Position numbers and translations under genes: made by a program. A model generated the notes under the pieces. The model saw only the letters and a list, made by a program, of their open reading frames with translations, was not told where the DNA came from and made no database searches. Below, piece after piece: positions 6,573 to 18,395 of a stretch of DNA of 51,022 nucleotides. Source of the DNA: an uncultured Muribaculaceae bacterium (lineage in GTDB: Bacteria; Bacillota_I; Bacilli_A; RF39; UBA660); assembly GCA_964454255.1 (NCBI GenBank), contig CAYVSY010000001.1:1-51022 (forward strand), written 5' to 3'. Each line of letters starts with the position of its first letter. Position 1 is the stretch's first letter.

Positions 6573-9521
6573 ATGTATCTTAAAGAAATAAAAACATTTG
6601 GTTTTAAATCATTTGCTGATAAAACTACGTTAGAGTTTTCTCCAAGTATTAATGGTATTGTTGGTCCAAATGGTAGTGGTAAAAGTAATGTTGTTGATGC
6701 GGTAAAATTTGTGTTAGGTGAGCAATCAATTAAAACTCTTCGTGGTGAATCTAATATAATTGACATTATATTTTCTGGAAGTAAATCTAGAAAACCATTA
6801 AATAGTGCTAGTGTTACATTGATTTTTGACAATACCGATCATTTTTTGCCACTTGATTTTAGTGAAGTATCTATTAAGAGGGTTGTATATAAAACCGGTG
6901 ATACTGAATATTTTATTAATAATGAAAGATGTCGTTTAAAAAATATTACTGATTTATTAATAGATTCAGGAGCTTCTAAAGAAAGTTTTAGTATTATTTC
7001 ACAAGGAAAAATATCGGAAATTATATCCTCTAAACCTCATGAGAGAAGAATTGTTTTTGAAGAAGCAGCTGGTGTTTTAAAATATAAAAAAAGAAAAGAA
7101 GAAGCACTTCGTAAATTAGAACGAACTAATGATAACTTGAATCGTATTAACGATATTATTAGTGAATTAAATATTCAAATTGAACCGTTACGTATTCAAA
7201 GTGAAAATGCTAAAATTTATTTAGAAAATAAAGAAAGATTAGAAGAGTTAGAAATTTCTTTAATCATTAATGATATTGAAAAATTTAATTTTGAATTTCA
7301 AGAAATTAAATCACGAATTGAATTAATAAATGATGAAATAATTACAATGGGAACTAATACATCTTCTAATAATGTATATATTTTAGAAAATAAAGAAAAA
7401 CTAAAATTAATTGAAGAAAATATAAGTATTAAGCAAAATAGTCTATTGGAAATGACAGAAAAATTAGAAAATGTTAATACTGAAATTAAATTATTAAAAG
7501 AAAGAGAAAAATACAAAATTAATAAAGATAATTTAAAAGAAAATATTTTAAAATTAAAGGATGAAAAATTAAGTTATAATTCTTTAATTAATTCTTTAAA
7601 TAATGAAATTGAAATTAAAAATAAGGAATTAGAAAATATTGTTGAAAATATTTCTTCAATAGAAAATAAATTAAATATTGAAAAAAATATTTTTAATTCT
7701 TTAAATGATGATACTATTAAAACTAATAGATGTGTAAATGATATTAAATATAAAATTGATTATTTAGAAAATAAAATATTTAATAACAATGGATTACCTA
7801 GTGGTGTTATAAATATTTTAAATAATCCTAAATTAAATGGTGTTCATAATATTATTGGTAAACTAATTGATGTCTCTAAGGAATATGCAGAAGCGATTAA
7901 TACTGCTTTAGGAGTTTCTTCTTCTAATATAGTTGTTGATAATGAAAAAGTTGCGGCTAATTGTATTAAATATTTAAAAGAAAATAAATTGGGTAGAGCT
8001 ACTTTTTATCCAATCAATATTATTAAATCAAGAGAAATTAATATGGATATATTTAATTTAATCTCTTCAAAAGATGGTTTTATAAATTTAGCTAGTTCTT
8101 TAGTTAAATGTGAAGAAAAATATAAAGATATTATTTTAAATTTATTAGGTCCTGTTATAGTTGTTAGAGATATTGAAACAGCTAATAATATTAGTTCAGT
8201 TATTAATCATCGTTATAAAATAGTAACATTAGATGGTCAAATTATTAATATTGGTGGTTCTATAACTGGTGGTGATGCAATCAAAATTAATAGTGTTATT
8301 AAAGATAAATATGATTTAGATAGTTATAATAATGAATTAATTAAATTAAATAATAAAATACTTAATAATGATAAAGTATATAATGAAAAAATAAGGACTA
8401 TAAAAAGTCTAGAAGAAAGTTTATATAATTTAAAATCAAAAAACATGTCTATTAATGATATTATTAATAATAAAAAAGGATTAATTGACGAAACAACTAA
8501 AAAACTTGATAGTATTCATAGTGAACTAGGTGGTTTGAAAAATATAATTGATAATGTTGTTTCAGAAGAAGAAAATAAGTTAATAAACGATTTGGAAAAA
8601 TTAACTTTAGAAAAAGATAATATTAAAAAATCTATAGAGATACAAAGAATGGAAAAAATTAATGTTGAGGAATTAATTGAATCTTTTGAAGAGGAAACAC
8701 GAAAATCTAATACTTATGTTTCAAAACGACAAAAAGAACTTCAAACATTAGAAATTAGAAGTAATAGATTAGATGTTCAGTTGGATAATTTATTATCTAT
8801 TTTAACAAATACTTATAATATGACATATGATAATGCTAAAAGTAAATATAAGTTAGAGATTGATGCCGAATTAGCAAGAGAAAAAGTTAATGAATTTAAA
8901 GAAAAATTACAAAATATCGGAATTGTTAATATTGGCGCAATTGATGAATACGAAAGAATTAATAAAAGATATGAATTCTTAACTACTCAAAAAAATGATC
9001 TTATCCATGCTGAAACATCATTATTAAAGATTATTGAAGAAATGGATAGTGTTATGGAAACATTATTTATTGAGACATTTAAAAAAGTTAAACTAGAATT
9101 TAAAGAAGTATTTAAAAAATTGTTTAAAGGTGGCGATGCAGATTTAATTTTAACTAATCCTGATAATCTTTTAGAAACCGGTATTGAGATCATTGCTCAA
9201 CCGCCTGGTAAGACATTAAAAAGCATTTCAGCTTTGTCAGGTGGTGAAATGACATTTACAGCTATTTCTTTACTATTTTCTATATTAAATGTAAAGCAAT
9301 ATCCTTTCTGTATTTTTGATGAAGTTGAAGCAGCGCTTGATGAAGTGAATGTTGATAGTTTTGGTAAATACTTATCTATGTATAAAGATAAAACACAATT
9401 TATTGTCATTACTCACAAAAAAAAGACAATGGAATATGTTGACGTTTTATATGGTATTACTATGCAAGAATCTGGAGTAAGTAAATTAGTTAGTGTAAAA
9501 CTTGATGAAATAAACAAATAG
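6573..9521 (+). CDS. smc: chromosome segregation protein SMC (short, 982 aa)
   Basis: N-terminal FKSFADKT...GPNGSGKSNVVDA; long coiled coil; hinge; LSGGE; Walker B FCIFDEVEAALD. Confidence 0.95.
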   Translation: MYLKEIKTFGFKSFADKTTLEFSPSINGIVGPNGSGKSNVVDAVKFVLGEQSIKTLRGESNIIDIIFSGSKSRKPLNSASVTLIFDNTDHFLPLDFSEVSIKRVVYKTGDTEYFINNERCRLKNITDLLIDSGASKESFSIISQGKISEIISSKPHERRIVFEEAAGVLKYKKRKEEALRKLERTNDNLNRINDIISELNIQIEPLRIQSENAKIYLENKERLEELEISLIINDIEKFNFEFQEIKSRIELINDEIITMGTNTSSNNVYILENKEKLKLIEENISIKQNSLLEMTEKLENVNTEIKLLKEREKYKINKDNLKENILKLKDEKLSYNSLINSLNNEIEIKNKELENIVENISSIENKLNIEKNIFNSLNDDTIKTNRCVNDIKYKIDYLENKIFNNNGLPSGVINILNNPKLNGVHNIIGKLIDVSKEYAEAINTALGVSSSNIVVDNEKVAANCIKYLKENKLGRATFYPINIIKSREINMDIFNLISSKDGFINLASSLVKCEEKYKDIILNLLGPVIVVRDIETANNISSVINHRYKIVTLDGQIINIGGSITGGDAIKINSVIKDKYDLDSYNNELIKLNNKILNNDKVYNEKIRTIKSLEESLYNLKSKNMSINDIINNKKGLIDETTKKLDSIHSELGGLKNIIDNVVSEEENKLINDLEKLTLEKDNIKKSIEIQRMEKINVEELIESFEEETRKSNTYVSKRQKELQTLEIRSNRLDVQLDNLLSILTNTYNMTYDNAKSKYKLEIDAELAREKVNEFKEKLQNIGIVNIGAIDEYERINKRYEFLTTQKNDLIHAETSLLKIIEEMDSVMETLFIETFKKVKLEFKEVFKKLFKGGDADLILTNPDNLLETGIEIIAQPPGKTLKSISALSGGEMTFTAISLLFSILNVKQYPFCIFDEVEAALDEVNVDSFGKYLSMYKDKTQFIVITHKKKTMEYVDVLYGITMQESGVSKLVSVKLDEINK

Positions 9522-9534
9522 GAGAATGAATATT

Positions 9535-10785
9535 ATGAAAAAGAAAAAATATAAATTAAAATATAAAAGAATTATTGTTTGTTTTATTATAATAATTATT
9601 TTAATAGTATTAATTATGTTTTTGATGAATTTATTTAAACATGAACCTAAAATGGAAAATTTTGTTTATAAAAACATCAATGAAGTTAATCAATTTATTA
9701 CTGAAAATAATATAGAAGTTCATTATACCTATGAATATAATGATAATATTGAAAAAAATGTTGTTATTTCTCAAGATGTTCCAATTGATCGTTTGTTAAA
9801 AGATATAAAAGAAATTAATATGGTTATTTCACTTGGAAAATTAGATAAGGAAAAATTAAAAGAAGATCATATTGATGAATTAGGAAATATTCCTGTTATG
9901 ATGTATCATGGTATTGTTGATATGAAATCCGATGATACAGGACACATTGGTGGTAATGTTGATATAAATGGTTATAATCGAACGACAGAAGCTTTTCACA
10001 ATGATTTAGAGTTTTATTATAAGAATGGTTATCGTATGATAAGATTAATTGATTATATTTCTGGTAAAATTTCGACTGAATATGGTAAAAGTCCTATTGT
10101 GATTACTTTTGATGATGGTAATGAAAATAATATGAAAGTTATTGGTGAAAATGCTGATGGTTCTTTAATAATTGATGAGAATTGTGCAGTTGGTATTTTA
10201 GAAAAATTTAAAAAAAAATATTCTGATTATAATGTAACAGCTACTTTCTTTGTGAATGGTGGTTTGTTTAATCAAAAAAAATATAATAATAAAATATTAA
10301 AATGGCTGGTAGAAAATGGTTATGATATTGGTAATCATACTAAAAGTCATGTTAATTTTAAGACAGCAACTACTTCTAAATCTGAATCGGAAATGGGTTA
10401 TATGTATGAATTATTAGACAGTATTATTCCAAATAAGTATGTAAACATTGTTGCTTTACCTTTTGGATCTCCGGGTAGTAAAACGCATGATAATTTTTCT
10501 CATATTTTAAATGCAACATATAATGGTAAAAACTATGAAACTGTTTCGACTTTGAGAGTAGGTTGGGATGCCGATTTGTCGCCTTTTAATAAACAGTTTG
10601 ATAAAGAATTTATAAAAAGAGTGCGAGCTTATGATAATAATGGAAAAGAATTTGATATTGAAATGTGTTTTAATAATTTAAAAACTAAAAAATATATTTC
10701 TGATGGAAGAGTGGAAACAATTATCGTGCCATCTTCTAAAAGTAATTTACTAATCGATACTGATTTAAAAATAATTAAATATTAG
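9535..10785 (+). CDS. membrane-anchored polysaccharide deacetylase (NodB homology domain)
   Basis: N-terminal TM segment; ITFDDGNENN and GNHTKSH motifs. ATG 9535 has better GGAGA spacing than ATG 9526. Confidence 0.8.
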   Translation: MKKKKYKLKYKRIIVCFIIIIILIVLIMFLMNLFKHEPKMENFVYKNINEVNQFITENNIEVHYTYEYNDNIEKNVVISQDVPIDRLLKDIKEINMVISLGKLDKEKLKEDHIDELGNIPVMMYHGIVDMKSDDTGHIGGNVDINGYNRTTEAFHNDLEFYYKNGYRMIRLIDYISGKISTEYGKSPIVITFDDGNENNMKVIGENADGSLIIDENCAVGILEKFKKKYSDYNVTATFFVNGGLFNQKKYNNKILKWLVENGYDIGNHTKSHVNFKTATTSKSESEMGYMYELLDSIIPNKYVNIVALPFGSPGSKTHDNFSHILNATYNGKNYETVSTLRVGWDADLSPFNKQFDKEFIKRVRAYDNNGKEFDIEMCFNNLKTKKYISDGRVETIIVPSSKSNLLIDTDLKIIKY

Positions 10786-10796
10786 GAGGAAAAAAA

Positions 10797-11243
10797 ATGA
10801 ATAATAAAGGGTTTGCCATTACAGGTATTTTATATGGGGCTATGATAGTGTTTTTTATGGTAGTTGCTTCATTTCTTGGAATATTAAGTAGTAAAAAAAA
10901 ATTATTAGAATCAGCTACTAATGATATTAAAAATTCTATTGAATTAAAATCTTTAGAAATATTGCCACAAACATTAGCTATAAATAATCGTTATATTACA
11001 CCTGTAAGTGGAAAATATTCACTTAGTTTTTCAAATTGTTCAGGTGATATTTTCTTAACTAAAGATACACTTATTATTTTAAAAAGTGCTACTACTATTG
11101 AAATTAATAAATCAGAAATCTTATTATCTAATTTATGTAATACTTCTTATTCTACAGGTAATTATTTATTATATAATATTGGAAATAATAATTCGTCTGC
11201 AAATACATTTAAAATAAATCAAATCTTTTCAGCAAATAATTAA
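10797..11243 (+). CDS. hypothetical protein with a prepilin-like N terminus
   Basis: MNNKGFAITGILYGAMIVFFMVV is a KGF + hydrophobic helix like class III signal peptides, but it lacks Glu at +5. RBS AGGAGG. Confidence 0.4.
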   Translation: MNNKGFAITGILYGAMIVFFMVVASFLGILSSKKKLLESATNDIKNSIELKSLEILPQTLAINNRYITPVSGKYSLSFSNCSGDIFLTKDTLIILKSATTIEINKSEILLSNLCNTSYSTGNYLLYNIGNNNSSANTFKINQIFSANN

Positions 11244-11270
11244 TTTGTGATATAATATTAATCGTTTTGA

Positions 11271-12766
<1,496 letters not shown>

Positions 12767-12834
12767 CTTTATTATATTATACGTTTGTGAATAGAATTTT
12801 ATTCTTTTTCACATAATATATATGGTGATTAAAA

Positions 12835-13476
12835 ATGGATATTTGGATAATTTGTTTTAGAGCAATAATTTTTTATGTATTTATAATATTTATATACCGT
12901 CTTATGGGAAAAAGAGAAGTAGGACAATTAAGTATTGTTGATTTGATTGTATCAATATTAATTGCAGAATTAGCCGCAATGAGTATAGAAAATTTTAATG
13001 ATTCACTATTAAATTCCTTATTACCTATATTAATATTAACTATATTTCAAATAGTTTTAGCATATATTACATTACGTAAACCAGGTATTCGAAATTTTTT
13101 AGATGGCAAACCTTCTGTTATTATTAATAATGGTCTTGTTAATTTTAAAGAAATGACTAGTCAAAAATATAATTTAGATGATTTATTACTTCAAATACGT
13201 GAAAAAGGATATCGCAGTATTGAAGATATTGAATATGCAATTCTAGAAAACAATGGTAAATTATCTGTATTTCCAAAAAAAGTGTTAAAGTCTCCATTAC
13301 CTTTACCATTAATCTTAGATGGTGAAGTTCAAAAAGATACATTAACATTTTTAAATAAAAATCAAGAATGGTTAAATTTGATGTTAGAAAAAAAAGAATT
13401 AATTATTGATGAAATATTTTATGCATTTTTTAAAGATAAAAGTATATATTTTATAAAAAAAGATGAATTAAAATAA
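12835..13476 (+). CDS. DUF421 (YetF/YrbG-like) membrane protein
   Basis: YRLMGKREVGQLSIVDLIVSILIAELAA is typical of the DUF421 N terminus. Confidence 0.75.
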   Translation: MDIWIICFRAIIFYVFIIFIYRLMGKREVGQLSIVDLIVSILIAELAAMSIENFNDSLLNSLLPILILTIFQIVLAYITLRKPGIRNFLDGKPSVIINNGLVNFKEMTSQKYNLDDLLLQIREKGYRSIEDIEYAILENNGKLSVFPKKVLKSPLPLPLILDGEVQKDTLTFLNKNQEWLNLMLEKKELIIDEIFYAFFKDKSIYFIKKDELK

Positions 13477-13499
13477 AGATTTTTATATCTTTATTTTTT
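13472..13499 (+). terminator. rho-independent terminator
   Basis: AATAAAGAT-TTTTAT-ATCTTTATT (9-bp stem), followed by a T run. Confidence 0.5.
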
Positions 13500-13531
13500 A
13501 ATTTGTGATATCATTTATATGGGTGATTTTT

Positions 13532-13942
13532 ATGCAATATAATAGAAGTGAATTAAGAGAAAAAATTATGACTATTTTATATCAAATTGAGTTGTATAAA
13601 AAAAATAATATTAAATATACTTTTGAAGATATTGTAAATGAACAACTTGATATTGAAAATGAATTTGTTGATCAAATTTGTCGTGGTGTTTTAGATAATA
13701 AAAATACTATAAATGAAATGGCTAATAAGTATTTAAATAATTGGAATATTGATAGATTGGGATTAACTGATCAATCTATTTTACGTATGGCAATCTATGA
13801 AATTTTATGGACTGATACACCAGATTTAGTTTGTATTAATGAAGCCATTGAATTAGCTAAAAGATTTTCTGACGATAAGGTTGTTACTATGATTAATGGT
13901 GTTTTAGATAAAATATACCATGATAAGGTTAATAATGAATAA
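13532..13942 (+). CDS. nusB: transcription antitermination factor NusB
   Basis: R.ELREKIM..LYQ...; DRLGLTDQSILRMAIYEI; INEAIELAKRF. ATG 13532 lies after GGGTGA. Confidence 0.9.
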   Translation: MQYNRSELREKIMTILYQIELYKKNNIKYTFEDIVNEQLDIENEFVDQICRGVLDNKNTINEMANKYLNNWNIDRLGLTDQSILRMAIYEILWTDTPDLVCINEAIELAKRFSDDKVVTMINGVLDKIYHDKVNNE

Positions 13943-15200
13943 TAATTATATTAGCGTATCAGAAGTAAATATTTATATTAAAAAATTAATGGAAAATGAT
14001 TTCTTATTAAATAAAATTTTTGTTAAAGGTGAAATATCTAATTTCAAAGCTCATACTAGTGGACATTTTTATTTTACTTTGAAAGATGATAAAAGTAGAA
14101 TTAGTGTCGTAATGTTTTCATCAAATGCTAGTAAGATAAAATGGATGCCAAAAGACGGTATGAAAGTTTTATTAACTGGTAGAATTAGTGTTTATGAAGT
14201 TAATGGTAACTATCAAGTATATGCTGATGATATGTTAGAAGATGGAATAGGTAATTTATATATTGCATATGAAGAATTAAAGAAAAAACTTAGTAAAGAA
14301 GGTTTATTCGATAAAGAACATAAGAAAAAAATTCCACGGATTCCAAAAAAAATTGGAATTATTACGGCACCTACGGGGGCAGCTATTAGAGATATTTTAG
14401 CGACTATTAAAAGACGTTTTCCTATTTGCGAAACAATTTTGTTTCCATCTTTAGTTCAAGGCGATGGTGCTGCTAATGATATTGCTAAAAAAATAAACAT
14501 TGCTAGTAGATATAATATTGATTTACTTATTGTAGGTCGTGGTGGTGGATCTATTGAAGATTTATGGCCTTTTAATGAAGAAATAGTTGCAAGAGCAATT
14601 TATGATTGTTCTGTCCCAGTAATTAGTGCTGTAGGTCATGAAATTGATTTTGTTATTAGTGATTTTGTGGCAGATTTGCGTGCACCTACACCAACTGCAG
14701 CGGCTGAACTTGCTGTTCCTGATATATCTACTATATTAGATTATATTAATAATGCCAAAAATAGGAGCTATACAGCTATTAATAATAATATTTACAATTA
14801 TCAATTAAAATTATTAAAATTAAATGATAGCTATGCGTTAAAAAAACCATTATCAATTTATGAGATTAAAGCTCAAAAATTAGATAATATTGTTGATAGA
14901 TTAAATATTTTTATTAAAAATAATATTGATAAATATCATATTAAATTATTTGAAATAAAAAATAATTATATTTTAAATAATCCTAATTTCTTGTTCAAAT
15001 ATAATGAACAAGAATTAAATAAATTAATTTCTAAATTAGAAGTTTTAAATCCTTTAAATACATTGAAAAGAGGATATTCTATTACTAAAAAAGATAATGA
15101 AATTATTGGAACTATTAAAAATATTAAACTTAATGACAAAGTAACAATTAATTTAAAAGATGGTTCTTTTGAAAGTATTGTTTGTGGAATGGGAGAGTAG
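13935..15200 (+). CDS. xseA: exodeoxyribonuclease VII large subunit
   Basis: ISVSEVN...GEISNFKAHTSGHFYFTLKD; GIITAPTGAAIRDI; GRGGGSIEDLWPFNEE; GHEIDFVISDFVADLRAPTPTAAAE. Overlaps the nusB stop. Confidence 0.93.
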   Translation: MNNNYISVSEVNIYIKKLMENDFLLNKIFVKGEISNFKAHTSGHFYFTLKDDKSRISVVMFSSNASKIKWMPKDGMKVLLTGRISVYEVNGNYQVYADDMLEDGIGNLYIAYEELKKKLSKEGLFDKEHKKKIPRIPKKIGIITAPTGAAIRDILATIKRRFPICETILFPSLVQGDGAANDIAKKINIASRYNIDLLIVGRGGGSIEDLWPFNEEIVARAIYDCSVPVISAVGHEIDFVISDFVADLRAPTPTAAAELAVPDISTILDYINNAKNRSYTAINNNIYNYQLKLLKLNDSYALKKPLSIYEIKAQKLDNIVDRLNIFIKNNIDKYHIKLFEIKNNYILNNPNFLFKYNEQELNKLISKLEVLNPLNTLKRGYSITKKDNEIIGTIKNIKLNDKVTINLKDGSFESIVCGMGE

Positions 15201-15201
15201 T

Positions 15202-15426
15202 ATGAAATTAACATTTGAAGAAAAAATTAAAAAATTAGAAAGTATTGTTTCGGAATTAGAAAACGGTTCAGTGAATTTAGATGATGCCATTAATAAATAT
15301 ACTGAAGCAATGAAATTAGCAAAAGAGTGTAATCAATTTTTATCTGATACGACGGATAAAGTTAATAAAATTTTATTAGAATCAGGTGAATTAAAAGAAT
15401 TTTCAGTAGAAGAAAAGAGTGAATAA
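15202..15426 (+). CDS. xseB: exodeoxyribonuclease VII small subunit
   Basis: MKLTFEEKIKKLESIVSELENGSVNLDDAI. The real start is ATG 15202, not 15160 as in the ORF track. Confidence 0.9.
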   Translation: MKLTFEEKIKKLESIVSELENGSVNLDDAINKYTEAMKLAKECNQFLSDTTDKVNKILLESGELKEFSVEEKSE

Positions 15427-15435
15427 TATCACTCT

Positions 15436-16428
15436 TTAATTTTCCCCTTCTTCTAACATGTTTGTTATAAAAATACCATAGCCTTTAATTGGATTATCTA
15501 CAACTACATGGGTTACGGCCCCTATAATGTAATCATTTTGAATTATTGGACTTCCGCTCATTCCTTGAACAATTCCACCTGTAACACTTAATAATGATTC
15601 GTCAATTATTTCAAATAATATATTTTTATTTCTTTTGTTTTTTTCACTTAAATTAATTATTTTAATATTGAATTCTTCGACTTTTTCATCTTTTAAAACT
15701 GTCATAATTTTAGCTTCCCCTAAATTTATATTTTCATATTTTCCAACTTTATATAATTTTTTATTAGGTATTTCTTTTGTATACTCTCCAAAAACACCAC
15801 TACTAGTATTTTCCTTTATATTTCCATAAGTGTCATTAGAATTATATCTGGCATTTTTTTCTCCTGGGGAACCATTATTACTTTTTTTAATATTAGTAAC
15901 AGTTGAATTATATATTTTTCCATTTTTAATTTCAAATTTTTCACCAGTTGTTTTTTCTAAAATTTCATGACCTAATGCACCATATAATTTAGTATTAGGA
16001 TCAATAAATGTTAGTGTTCCAATTCCGGTAATACTATCTTTAACATATAATCCTGATTTTATTACTTCTTCATCACTTTTTTCTAAAGGTAATTTTGTTT
16101 TTAAAATATTATTTTCTCTTTGATATTCAATATCAATGTATTTATTTTGGTCATTATTTTTAATTGTTTTAACCATTTCTTCAATACTTGATATTTTTAT
16201 ATCATTAATTTTTAATATTCTGTCACCAATTTGTAAATTTGCTTCTTTAGCTGGATATTTGCCATTTACTTCATAAAATCCAACTATTATTACATTTTTG
16301 GAATTGATTTGTAGTCCAATGTTTTCACCACCAGCTATTATGTATTCGGAATACGCAAATACATTTAATGGTATTATTAGTAGAAGAAAAAGGAATATAA
16401 ATTTGTTTTTTATCTTTTTAAAAAACAT
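15436..16428 (-). CDS. spoIVB: SpoIVB peptidase (S55) with PDZ domain
   Basis: PDZ segment GDRILKINDIKI; catalytic region GGIVQGMSGSPIIQNDYIIGAVTHV; signal anchor. ATG 16428 follows AAGGAG. Confidence 0.85.
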   Translation of the reverse strand: MFFKKIKNKFIFLFLLLIIPLNVFAYSEYIIAGGENIGLQINSKNVIIVGFYEVNGKYPAKEANLQIGDRILKINDIKISSIEEMVKTIKNNDQNKYIDIEYQRENNILKTKLPLEKSDEEVIKSGLYVKDSITGIGTLTFIDPNTKLYGALGHEILEKTTGEKFEIKNGKIYNSTVTNIKKSNNGSPGEKNARYNSNDTYGNIKENTSSGVFGEYTKEIPNKKLYKVGKYENINLGEAKIMTVLKDEKVEEFNIKIINLSEKNKRNKNILFEIIDESLLSVTGGIVQGMSGSPIIQNDYIIGAVTHVVVDNPIKGYGIFITNMLEEGEN

Positions 16429-16532
16429 ATATTTCATCTCCTTTTTAAATTTCACAAGCTACATAATTAGTATTAATTAAAATATAAAAGGTATACTAGT
16501 GAATATAAACCAATTTTTTAAAATATTATATA

Positions 16533-17273
16533 TTGGTGATAAAATTGAACTTTGATGTTAGTTTTGGTCTTACAATTATTTCTGGTTTATCCACTATGAT
16601 AGGATTCTTATTAATTTGCTTTTTTAAAAAAAATAAGGATAAGGTTATAATTGCTTCTCTTAGTTTTGCGGCTGGCGTTTTAATAATGGTATCTTTTTCA
16701 GAATTAATATTTGATTCTTTAAAATTTTTTCCTAATAATAAATATATTTATTGTTTTATTTTTTGTATAATTGGAATATTATTTTCGATATTAATTGATA
16801 AAATTGAACCTAAAAAAACCAACTATAATAACAAGAAGTTATATAAAGTTGGTATATTTATGATAATATCTATTTTTATTCATAACATTTTAGAAGGTAT
16901 GATGACTTTTATGACTTCAACATTTGATCTATCATTAGGTGTTTCTCTTACGATCGCGATATGTTTACATAACATTCCAGAAGGAATTTCAATTGCAATT
17001 CCAATTTATTATTCAACATATTCTAAGAAAAAAGCTTTTTTTTGGACTTTGTTTTCTAGTCTTTCTGAACCTATCGGTGGTTTAATTGCTTATTTTTTTT
17101 TAATGCCATATTTATCAAATTTTTTATTAGGAATTATGTTTAGCATAATTGCTGGAATAATGTTATATATTTCAACATTTGAATTATTACCTAATTCTTT
17201 AAACTATAATAATAAATTATTAACATTGTTATTTTTTATTTTAGGCATAATATTTATAGTAGTAAAATTTTAA
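16533..17273 (+). CDS. zupT: ZIP-family zinc transporter
   Basis: HNILEGM and HNIPEGISIA motifs; 7-8 TM segments. Start codon uncertain (TTG 16533, GTG 16536 or TTG 16545). Confidence 0.8.
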   Translation: MVIKLNFDVSFGLTIISGLSTMIGFLLICFFKKNKDKVIIASLSFAAGVLIMVSFSELIFDSLKFFPNNKYIYCFIFCIIGILFSILIDKIEPKKTNYNNKKLYKVGIFMIISIFIHNILEGMMTFMTSTFDLSLGVSLTIAICLHNIPEGISIAIPIYYSTYSKKKAFFWTLFSSLSEPIGGLIAYFFLMPYLSNFLLGIMFSIIAGIMLYISTFELLPNSLNYNNKLLTLLFFILGIIFIVVKF

Positions 17274-17360
17274 ATTTAATAAATTTTAAATTTATTATAT
17301 TATTATAATGACAAATATCAATTTTTTTGATATAATTATCTACGATAGTGAGGTATTAAT

Positions 17361-18074
17361 ATGAATCTTTCAATAATAAGTTCAAATGAAAATTACGATT
17401 TGTGTTTTTTAAGAAAAAATAAATGGTCATATTTTATTTCTATACCTAAGGATAAATATAATAATTTTTCAATATGCGTTAATTTTCGAAATGATACACA
17501 TGAACTAGATATTCTTACTAATGATTTAAGTGATATTAAACAAAAAATATATAATATTTGCAATCCGTTAGAAAAAACAGTATGCATCTTAGTTATTCCT
17601 ATGCTTGAAGAAAAACATATTATTGATTTTAAAAAATTATCGATAGACAATTATGATAGGGTTTTTATTGCCAATGTTATCAATGATGCATATAAATATT
17701 TAATAGGTCGTAATTATAAAATAGATGATGAGGTTATTGTCTTAAATGATAATCAATTTTCTAATTTTGTTCTTGTTTTAGATCAAATGTTTAAAAATAG
17801 TATTTTAGTAAAAACAGTATATGAACTTCAAAAAGAGCATAAATATTATGAAGTAGTTAGAGAACCTTCTGAAATAAAATTAATGGATGCAAATGGTGTA
17901 AATATTGTCGTTGGAACAGAGGGTGTAGTAGAAAAAAAAGAAAGTTCAGGTAAAGTTATTGTAATTGCTCCAGATAAAAATATTAATTATATTACGAGAA
18001 CTGTAGGTCCAACCAAGAGGGAAAAAAAAGACACTGTTGAAAACGAACTAGATGATTTTGATAAAATTAATTAA
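17361..18074 (+). CDS. hypothetical protein
   Basis: 237-aa ORF with RBS GTGAGG. No recognisable motif. Confidence 0.45.
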   Translation: MNLSIISSNENYDLCFLRKNKWSYFISIPKDKYNNFSICVNFRNDTHELDILTNDLSDIKQKIYNICNPLEKTVCILVIPMLEEKHIIDFKKLSIDNYDRVFIANVINDAYKYLIGRNYKIDDEVIVLNDNQFSNFVLVLDQMFKNSILVKTVYELQKEHKYYEVVREPSEIKLMDANGVNIVVGTEGVVEKKESSGKVIVIAPDKNINYITRTVGPTKREKKDTVENELDDFDKIN

Positions 18075-18178
18075 TAAATTAATTTTTAGAATAAAAAACA
18101 GACTTGTGCTATTTTTTTATTTAAAATAATTTAACTGATTAATATTATAAAAAAAAACAAATAATTGTCTTTAATTTT

Positions 18179-18307
18179 TTATAAATAAAAGAAACTTGCA
18201 AAAGTAGTAATTAACAAAGTTAATAATAAGATGACAGCTATTACTCTAGTAATTAAATTTTGTGATTTTACTTTTCTTTTTTTATTTTTTATTTCTTTAT
18301 TTTTCAT
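18179..18307 (-). CDS. possible 42-aa single-pass membrane protein (below the ORF-track cutoff)
   Basis: GGAGAAAG-N7-ATG, then MKNKEIKNKKRKVKSQNLITRVIAVILLLTLLITTFASFFYL*. Divergent from spoIIM. Confidence 0.3.
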   Translation of the reverse strand: MKNKEIKNKKRKVKSQNLITRVIAVILLLTLLITTFASFFYL

Positions 18308-18395
18308 ATAATGATCTTTCTCCTTATCTTTTATTATTATACTAAAAAAGTGTCATAAATTCAACATTAAATTAATATTATTTATTGGTGAAAGA

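Noticed and set aside
6545-6832. 95-aa minus-strand ORF overlapping the smc N terminus. Similar antisense ORFs: 18353-18760, 29706-30095, 31792-32133, 35425-35730, 40034-40327 and 3772-4065.
   Set aside because: All lie fully inside, and antisense to or out of frame with, strongly supported genes. They have low-complexity F/I/L/S-rich products and no RBS. These are typical artefacts of AT-rich DNA, where stop codons on the opposite strand are depleted.
15160-15201. ORF-track N-terminal extensions: xseB from 15160, frr from 43735, nusB from 13505, xseA from 13920, spoIVB from 16455, uppP from 3572.
   Set aside because: In each case an internal ATG preceded by a properly spaced SD reproduces the conserved N terminus of the family. 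The extensions add non-conserved residues and overlap the upstream genes.
16456-16532. Possible Zur box (TAATTAGTATTAATTA) upstream of zupT.
   Set aside because: It is an imperfect palindrome and does not match the recalled TCGTAATnATTACGA core. It cannot be distinguished from AT-rich background.
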